Assembly: GCA_964566795.1 (NCBI GenBank) | Contig: CAZMIU010000001.1 | Coordinates: 79,388-143,387 of the forward strand | Direction of reading: 5' to 3' | Length of the DNA: 64,000 bases | Origin: an uncultured Candidatus Saccharibacteria bacterium | Lineage (GTDB): Bacteria > Patescibacteriota > Minisyncoccia > Phycocordibacterales > SBAW01 | Shown: piece by piece, positions 57,584 to 64,000 of the stretch | How positions within the stretch are numbered: the first letter of the stretch is position 1 | Layout: each line of letters begins with the position of its first letter | Program-made: the position numbers and the translations under genes | Notes under the pieces: generated by a model | Told to the model about the DNA's origin: nothing | Seen by the model: only the letters and a program-made list of their open reading frames with translations | Database searches by the model: none

Positions 57584-58240
57584 GTGACCTATAGGGACAA
57601 ACTCCACGCCCTGCTCTCCCCTGCTGAGCGCAGGCTTTTTAAAAAGCTCAACACACCGGCAAAAATCCAGGATTACCTGGATGCGATGCCCAACAATGTG
57701 CTAACGAGCCGCGAGCACACGATGCGGGGGCCTAGGTATGTGATACAAAAACAGCGTGCGCATTGCGCCGAGGGTGCCATGCTTGCGGCCGTAGCTCTTG
57801 CCTACCATGGCCAGCCGCCGCTTTTGATGAGTCTGGAGGCCGCCGAGGGCGACTACGACCACGTCGTCACGCCGTTTAAGGTCAATGGGCTGTGGGGCGC
57901 CATCAGCAAGACCAACTACCCGGTCCTGCGCTGGCGCGACCCGGTATATAAAACCCCGCGCGAGTTGGCGATGTCCTACTTCCACGAATACTTTTTGGAC
58001 TCCGGCAAAAAGACCCTGCGCCGATATTCCCTCCCCTTCGACATAACAAAATACGACCCCGCGCGCTGGGTGACCAAAGAGGGCGATATAGACTGGCTTA
58101 TCGAGGCGCTGGGCCGCGCGCGCCACTACCCTATTGCACCCGCAGGGGCACTAAAGAAACTGCGCAAAGCCTCAAAAATAGAGATTGAAACAACCGTGAC
58201 GCGCGAGTGGAAGCGCAACGGTACGCGCTACGAACTGTAA
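57584..58240 (+). CDS. Transglutaminase-like (vasohibin-like) protein
   Basis: HCAEGAMLAA, DHVV, WGAISKTN, RDPVYKTPRELAMSYF. Confidence 0.65.
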   Translation: MTYRDKLHALLSPAERRLFKKLNTPAKIQDYLDAMPNNVLTSREHTMRGPRYVIQKQRAHCAEGAMLAAVALAYHGQPPLLMSLEAAEGDYDHVVTPFKVNGLWGAISKTNYPVLRWRDPVYKTPRELAMSYFHEYFLDSGKKTLRRYSLPFDITKYDPARWVTKEGDIDWLIEALGRARHYPIAPAGALKKLRKASKIEIETTVTREWKRNGTRYEL

Positions 58241-58248
58241 TCAGGCTT

Positions 58249-59022
58249 TTAGTTTTTTAGACCTATACCGTTTCTAAACAAGTAGGCCGTAACACCCAGA
58301 AGGACTACGGTGATACCTGCGAGGACGGCAAAGCAGGTCACAAGCGGTATGTCGCTGATGCCCAAAAAGCCCCAGCGGAAGGCGTTAACCATGTAGAGTA
58401 TCGGGTTAAACAGCGACACCTTCTGCCAGAACTCCGGCAGCATCTCGACAGAGTAAAAGATACCGCCGAGGTAGGTCAAAGGGGTAAGCACAAAGGTGGG
58501 CACGATGGATATGCCGTCAAAGCCCTTGGCAAACACGCCGTTGATAAGCCCCGCGATGCTAAACAACACCGAGGTCAGCACCACAGCCAGCACAAGCACC
58601 GCGATGTTAAAGATAGCCAGGTGCGAAAAGAAGAGCGACACCACCGCCACCAGGGTGCCTACAAGCAGGCCACGCAGGACGCCGCCGCTCACAAAGCCAA
58701 GTATCACGAGCCAGTCCGGCATCGGCGAGACCAGTATCTCGTCCAGGGTCTTGGTCCACTTGGCAAAGTAAAAGGTGGAGACCGTGTTCATATACGAGCT
58801 GGTGATGACAGACATCATGATGAGGCCCGGCACAATAAACTGCATGTAGCTAAAGCCGTCTATGGGGGCAATCTGGGAGCCTATAAAGGCGCCAAACACC
58901 ACAAAGTACAGCGAGGTGGTGACAACCGGCGGCAAGAGGGTCTGGCTCCAGATGCGGATGATGCGCACAAAGTCATTGCGCAACATGGTGTAGTACGGGA
59001 TCCAAAGAGATTTCTTGTGCAT
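58249..59022 (-). CDS. ABC-2 permease (YadH-like)
   Basis: QTLLPPV, YMQFIVPGL, LTPLTYLGG, NPILYMVNAFR. Confidence 0.88.
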   Translation of the reverse strand: MHKKSLWIPYYTMLRNDFVRIIRIWSQTLLPPVVTTSLYFVVFGAFIGSQIAPIDGFSYMQFIVPGLIMMSVITSSYMNTVSTFYFAKWTKTLDEILVSPMPDWLVILGFVSGGVLRGLLVGTLVAVVSLFFSHLAIFNIAVLVLAVVLTSVLFSIAGLINGVFAKGFDGISIVPTFVLTPLTYLGGIFYSVEMLPEFWQKVSLFNPILYMVNAFRWGFLGISDIPLVTCFAVLAGITVVLLGVTAYLFRNGIGLKN

Positions 59023-59023
59023 A

Positions 59024-59767
59024 TTAGTTGTCTCCCCCATTCTGGATAATATCGAGGTAGACATCCTCGAGCTTCTTCTCGCCTCCGTGGCGGGCCAGGA
59101 GCGCCTGCATAGACTCGTTCACCTTGATCTCGCCGCGGTTTATGATGGCGATATTGCGGCACAGCGCCTCGGCCTCCTCCAGGTAGTGGGTGGTAAGTAT
59201 GATCGTGGTGCCGTCTTGGTTGAGCTTGCGCAAAAAGTCCCACATTGAGCGGCGCATCTCCACATCTACTCCGGCCGTGGGCTCGTCCAGTATAAGGAGT
59301 TTGGGCTTGTGTATAAGGCCGCGGGCGATCATGAGACGGCGCTTCATGCCGCCGGAGAGGCCCTGCGAGGGAGAGTCTTTTTTGTCCCACAATCCAAGCG
59401 CCTTGAGGATCTCCTCGGCGCGCACCAGGGCCTCTTTGCGCGGTATTCCGTAGTATCCCGCCTGGGTTACGACAATGTCTATCACCTTCTCAAATATGTT
59501 GAAGTTAAACTCCTGCGGCACCAGGCCAATGTAGGTCTTGGCCAAATCCTTATCAGTATCTATCGAGGCGCCAAAGACCTTGGCCTCCCCCGATGTCTTG
59601 TTAATGAGGCTCGTGAGTACCCCAATAGTGGTGCTCTTCCCTGCCCCGTTGGGCCCCAGCAATGCAAAAAAATCTCCCTCCTCAACTGAGAGCGTGACGC
59701 CCTTAAGCGCCTCTGTCCCGCCTGCGTATGTTTTGCGCAGGTCTTTAACCTCTATTGCTTTAGCCAT
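59024..59767 (-). CDS. ABC ATP-binding protein (YadG-like)
   Basis: GPNGAGKST, LSGGMKRR, LDEPT. Confidence 0.93.
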   Translation of the reverse strand: MAKAIEVKDLRKTYAGGTEALKGVTLSVEEGDFFALLGPNGAGKSTTIGVLTSLINKTSGEAKVFGASIDTDKDLAKTYIGLVPQEFNFNIFEKVIDIVVTQAGYYGIPRKEALVRAEEILKALGLWDKKDSPSQGLSGGMKRRLMIARGLIHKPKLLILDEPTAGVDVEMRRSMWDFLRKLNQDGTTIILTTHYLEEAEALCRNIAIINRGEIKVNESMQALLARHGGEKKLEDVYLDIIQNGGDN

Positions 59768-59841
59768 ACTTATTGCCAGTATACCATTTTGGGTCATACA
59801 AAAACACCCCTACGCTATGTAGGGGTGTTTTTGATATAAGC

Positions 59842-60072
59842 TTAGGCCCTGCAAGTCCTGCAGTCCTTTTTGTGGCTGATCAGGAGCCAGACAGCCGAGG
59901 CGCCGACAAGCACGTAGACCACCGCCTCAAGCTCCATCGAGGAGCCAAAGAGCATATGGACCACGTTCCAGGTCATGCCATTGCCGCCCTGGAGCATGTC
60001 GAGACCAACAAGGCCCCAATTAATGCCGCCAACCGCAAGCAGGATATACGCAATAATATGAAGTGCTTTCAT
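59842..60072 (-). CDS. DUF378 membrane protein
   Basis: VGGINWGLVG, VYVLVGASA. Confidence 0.85.
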   Translation of the reverse strand: MKALHIIAYILLAVGGINWGLVGLDMLQGGNGMTWNVVHMLFGSSMELEAVVYVLVGASAVWLLISHKKDCRTCRA

Positions 60073-60178
60073 GTAGAGTGTAGGAAAAGAGTGAGCGGCT
60101 CGACCAGTCCCGCTTGGTTATAGTATGAGGCCAGTTGTGCACTATGAGCGTGTCTACTCCCCTGCCCTGGGGATAGCG

Positions 60179-61459
60179 CTACTGCGGCAAGTAGAGATAG
60201 GGGTTGAGATACGCGTTAAGAGGTGCAATGGGGATAAAGGCCACGGCGCCAGAGTTGCATGTGTAGTTTTTAAAGGTGACTGCGCTTGAGACATAGAGGG
60301 TCAAGTGCAGGTGCGGGCCTGTGGCGTATCCGGTGTTGCCCATAAGACCCACTGTCTGGCCGGCGCTCACGGCCTGGCCCTTGGTAACCGATATCGCCGA
60401 GAGGTGCGCGTACAGCGAGGTAAGACCGTTTGGGTGCTTAACCAGGACCCACTTGCCGTACTGGCAGTTTTTTACGGCACCCTGGTTAACCTCCTGGACA
60501 GTGCCTCCAAGTACAGCCTTGATAGGCGTGCCTATAGCCCCGCCAAAGTCCACGCCGTTGTGGCCCTGGCCGTTGTAGGCGCCCGATGCGGCAAACGTTG
60601 TGTTGCCAAAGTGCTGGGTCACACGCACGGCATCGAGCGGCCAGCCTATCGTGCCGCGCTTGGCGCCAGGTGCGCTTGTGGTGTCTGCAGACCCGAGTCC
60701 GCGCGCCAGCTCCACCAGTTGTGCCTCAAACGCAGACTGCTCGGCCTTTTTCTGGGCAATAAGCGCCTGATACTGCGCCTCCTGGTTCTTTGTCTCGGTC
60801 AAAAGCGAGTTTTGGGTTGAGCGGACGACCGAAACACCCTTTTGCTCGTCGGCCAGGTTGTTTTTAAGCGCCGCAAGCTCCTGGCGCTTCTGCTCTGCGG
60901 TCTTTTTGCTTGATGAGAGGTTGATCTTAAGTGCAGAGAGGTCGTCTATGTGGTTTTGGAGCTCGTCGCGCACAGCCGCCATGCTTACACCCTGGTCAAA
61001 GAACGCGGCAAGGGTCGTGCCGCCCAATAGTGCGGTAACCATGGCGTCCTCGCTCAGGCGGTCCAGCTCACGCAGTGTCACGGCAACCTGGCTTTGCGAG
61101 ACACCAATCTTGTCCTCGGTTGTGGCGATGTTGTTGCCCAGGGTTTTTATGTCTTTGTCTTTTTGCGCAATCTGGTTTTGGGTCAGGCTCAGGCTCTTTT
61201 GGAGCTTTTGTATCTGCAGGTCGAGGCCTTTTACCGTAGACTGCAGTGTGGCCTTTTGTGCGCTTGTGGTGGTGAGCTGGTTCTCGAGCTTTTTAATCTC
61301 GTCCTGGAGCTTTTTTATCTGGTCGTTGGTGTCGTCTACTTTATCCAACAGCTCCTCGCGCGTTTGTGCGCTTGCAGTGGGGTTTTGTTGTATGAAAAAC
61401 CCGGCACCTATAACAAGTGCCATTACCCCCACGCATACTGCTACGCGGTATCGGAGCAT
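60179..61459 (-). CDS. Coiled-coil M23 peptidoglycan endopeptidase
   Basis: HNGVDF, YAHL, GPHLH. Confidence 0.9.
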   Translation of the reverse strand: MLRYRVAVCVGVMALVIGAGFFIQQNPTASAQTREELLDKVDDTNDQIKKLQDEIKKLENQLTTTSAQKATLQSTVKGLDLQIQKLQKSLSLTQNQIAQKDKDIKTLGNNIATTEDKIGVSQSQVAVTLRELDRLSEDAMVTALLGGTTLAAFFDQGVSMAAVRDELQNHIDDLSALKINLSSSKKTAEQKRQELAALKNNLADEQKGVSVVRSTQNSLLTETKNQEAQYQALIAQKKAEQSAFEAQLVELARGLGSADTTSAPGAKRGTIGWPLDAVRVTQHFGNTTFAASGAYNGQGHNGVDFGGAIGTPIKAVLGGTVQEVNQGAVKNCQYGKWVLVKHPNGLTSLYAHLSAISVTKGQAVSAGQTVGLMGNTGYATGPHLHLTLYVSSAVTFKNYTCNSGAVAFIPIAPLNAYLNPYLYLPQ

Positions 61460-61469
61460 TTGCTATATT

Positions 61470-62765
61470 TTAAAGCATTTTTATGGCCTTCTCAATACGG
61501 CTTCTGACTTCATTTAGCCCTAACAAAGATGCAATTGTGAAGGGATCAGGAGACTTTTCTTTTCCGGATAAAGAAACACGCAGCGGCCATAGGACATCCC
61601 CTTTCCCATGCTCCATGGCGTAAGGCATAAGCCAAAACTTAATATATTCTTTCTCCTGCCTGTCCTTGCCATTTTCCAAGAGCTTAGTGATTTGCTGCAG
61701 ATGTTTTTTTGCAACCTCAGGGGCAATTTTTCCCTTGTTGAGGAGGAGCGCCGGGTCATACTGTATGTCGCCCAAAAAGTTATACTCCTCAATTAGCTCG
61801 GTAGCCTCCTTAAGCGTCTGGGCGCGCTCCTTTATAAGCGGCACAAGCCTGGTGTCAAAAGCCTTGTCGGTAAACGCGCGTAGCCGAGCCTCGTACTCGG
61901 CGTCAGAGAGGCGCTTGAGGTGCTCAAAGTTAAACCAGGTGAGCTTCTCCATGCCAAACACGGCCCCGCCCTTGTGTACCCTCTCGAGGCTAAACTGCTC
62001 TACGAGCTCGCTTAGCGTAAACAGCTCCTGCTCGCCGCCCGGGTTCCATCCAAGGAGTGCCAGATAGTTAATGAGCGCCTCGGGGATAATGCCCTGTGCG
62101 CGGTACTCGGTTACGGACACCGCACCGTGGCGCTTTGACATCTTGGAGCGGTCGGGTGCCAAAATAAGCGGGATATGCGCATATGCGGGGCGCACAAAAC
62201 CCAATGCCTCGAGTATGAGTATCTGGCGCGGCGTGTTTGAGATATGATCCTCGCCGCGTATCACATGCGTGACACCCATCTGTGCGTCGTCCACAACAAC
62301 GGTAAAGTGGTACAAGGGCTCGTCTGCGTTTTTGGCAATGACAAAATCGCTGAGGTCGGTGGTGTCAAAGGTAACATCGCCGCGCACCGCGTCGGCAAAC
62401 GTAATAGGCGTGTTCGGGTTTTTAAAGCGTATGACCCGGCGAGCCGTGCCGTCTTTGCCCTCCTCTGCCTCGTATGCTTTGCCCTGGGCTATAAGCCTGT
62501 GCAGATGCTCGCGGTACAGCTCGGTGCGTTCAGACTGCTTGTACACTGTGTCATTGTCCCAACTGAGCCCCAGCCACTTGAGGCCTTCTATAATATCCTC
62601 CTCAAACTCTGTCTTGCTCCTCTCCTTGTCGGTGTCCTCAAATCGAAACACCATCTCTCCCCCGTGATGCTTGGCAAACAGGTAATTAAAAAGCGCCGTG
62701 CGCACCGAGCCGATATGCAAAAAGCCGGTAGGACTGGGCGGAAAGCGCGTTATAACCTTCGACAT
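61470..62765 (-). CDS. gltX: Glutamyl-tRNA synthetase
   Basis: RFPPSPTGFLHIG, RGEDH, KMSKR. Confidence 0.95.
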   Translation of the reverse strand: MSKVITRFPPSPTGFLHIGSVRTALFNYLFAKHHGGEMVFRFEDTDKERSKTEFEEDIIEGLKWLGLSWDNDTVYKQSERTELYREHLHRLIAQGKAYEAEEGKDGTARRVIRFKNPNTPITFADAVRGDVTFDTTDLSDFVIAKNADEPLYHFTVVVDDAQMGVTHVIRGEDHISNTPRQILILEALGFVRPAYAHIPLILAPDRSKMSKRHGAVSVTEYRAQGIIPEALINYLALLGWNPGGEQELFTLSELVEQFSLERVHKGGAVFGMEKLTWFNFEHLKRLSDAEYEARLRAFTDKAFDTRLVPLIKERAQTLKEATELIEEYNFLGDIQYDPALLLNKGKIAPEVAKKHLQQITKLLENGKDRQEKEYIKFWLMPYAMEHGKGDVLWPLRVSLSGKEKSPDPFTIASLLGLNEVRSRIEKAIKML

Positions 62766-62791
62766 ACGGGCAGTTTAGCAGAAATTAAGCC

Positions 62792-63922
62792 TTATGCCTC
62801 GTGGGAGAGTGCTATGTCGAGGAGGGCGTTGGCTATCAGTTTGGCAGCGTCTGGGCGGGCAAAGTTGCGGGCCGCAGCCTGCATGTGGTGGCGGATCTGC
62901 TCGTTGTCCAAAATGCGGTGGATCTCCGAGATAAGGAGCCCCGGGGTGAGGTTGTTTTGCTCAATCACGCTTGCACCACCTGCGCGCGCATAGGCAAAGG
63001 CGTTCTTGCTCTGGTCGTGGCTTATGGGCTCGGGTATGGGTATGAGTATCGCGGGGATGCCCCAGGCTGCGGTCTCGAATATGTTCCCTGCACCGGCACG
63101 CGAGATTACCAGAGATGCGGCGCCTGCAACCATGCGGGTCGCCAGATCGTTGAGGTAGTCAAAGGGCTTGTAGGCATCAAGCGTTGCGGAGTCTGGCACG
63201 GCCACGCGTGCCCGGCCCACCACATCCTCAAAGTTGGCACGCCCTGTCTGGTGCACCAGCTGGAACTCCTTGAGGAGCTGCGGCAGAGCGTCTATAACCG
63301 CATCGTTGATCATTTGGCTGCCCTGACTGCCGCCTGTCACCAAAATGATCGGTACCTCTTTTTTTAGATGCAAAAACTCGTGGCCGCCCTCGCGTGCCGG
63401 CACCAAAGCAGCCTTTCGTATCGGGTTGCCGGTGTGCGCCACCTTGTCTTTGGGGAGGTGCTCTGCACACTCGGCAAAGCCGACCGCTATCTTTTTGGCA
63501 AAGCGGGCTGCCCAGCGGGTGACGCGACCCGGCGTGGCGTCGGCATTAAATATAACGACAGGGATCTTAAAGAGCCGTGCCGCCGCCAGTGTAGGAAAGC
63601 TGGCGTAGCCGCCGGTACTAAACACCACATCGGGGTACAGAAAAAATATGCGCACCACAGCGCGTGCTACGCCCCACCCGGTTTTAAAATAGTCAAAAAA
63701 GTTGAGGATCGAGGCGTAATTGCGGATCTTGCCTGCGGCCGTGGGCACCCAGGTAATGTTGTTGGCCAATAGCACCTCGCGGTCGTACGGGTCCGGTGCA
63801 GCATACAACAGCTGCGGCTCAAGCAGACGGCGTTCACGTACCTCGTCGTTTATCGCCTCTGCAACAGCAATTATGGGGTAAAAATGTCCTCCCGTTCCCC
63901 CGCCCGTAAAAAGTATCTTCAT
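62792..63922 (-). CDS. murG: Lipid II GlcNAc transferase
   Basis: GGGTGGH, GNPIR, GGSQG, HDQSKNA. Confidence 0.95.
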   Translation of the reverse strand: MKILFTGGGTGGHFYPIIAVAEAINDEVRERRLLEPQLLYAAPDPYDREVLLANNITWVPTAAGKIRNYASILNFFDYFKTGWGVARAVVRIFFLYPDVVFSTGGYASFPTLAAARLFKIPVVIFNADATPGRVTRWAARFAKKIAVGFAECAEHLPKDKVAHTGNPIRKAALVPAREGGHEFLHLKKEVPIILVTGGSQGSQMINDAVIDALPQLLKEFQLVHQTGRANFEDVVGRARVAVPDSATLDAYKPFDYLNDLATRMVAGAASLVISRAGAGNIFETAAWGIPAILIPIPEPISHDQSKNAFAYARAGGASVIEQNNLTPGLLISEIHRILDNEQIRHHMQAAARNFARPDAAKLIANALLDIALSHEA

Positions 63923-63926
63923 GTGT

Positions 63927-64000
63927 TTAGTGCTTCATGCGCCTGGATACGCTAAGTAGTATACCAATTTCTGCCAGGGATATGGCGAGCGCCGTGCCGC
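63927..64000 (-). CDS. ftsW: FtsW/RodA C-terminus (partial)
   Basis: GGTALAISLAEIGILLSVSR, upstream of murG. Confidence 0.75.
   Translation of the reverse strand, partial: GTALAISLAEIGILLSVSRRMKH

Noticed and set aside
1-64000. Alternative genetic code (UGA=Gly)
   Set aside because: Conserved genes translate full length in code 11 without internal stops

Overview
Chromosomal segment of a reduced-genome bacterium, most likely Patescibacteria/CPR (Parcubacteria, Adlerbacteria/Kaiserbacteria-like). This is inferred from the compact housekeeping genes, tRNAs without encoded CCA, CPR-typical membrane proteins and the absence of biosynthetic operons; standard code 11 fits. The backbone holds truB, a class Ic-type RNR (nrdAB), fmt/def, two mreB, mreC/mrdA, frr, rseP, proS, class I lysS, greA, mraZ-rsmH-ftsL-ftsI-murF, rmuC, rplU, recR, dnaB, cysS, corA, ctpA, rplI, rpmA, gltX, murG and ftsW. 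Three tRNAs are present: Asn (split by a 192-nt group I intron, with an HNH gene next to it), Glu and Pro. The main pattern is a two-tier expression grammar. Housekeeping genes look leaderless (a -10 box 5-10 nt before the start codon, no Shine-Dalgarno). About a dozen solitary accessory genes between them carry SD sites, often with a canonical -35/-10 promoter and their own terminator. Several of these resemble Alphaproteobacteria genes: a GcrA-like cell-cycle regulator, a 34-aa AANDN peptide between nrdA and nrdB, and an RTX calcium-binding protein. All homology calls come from motif recognition by eye; no searches were run.
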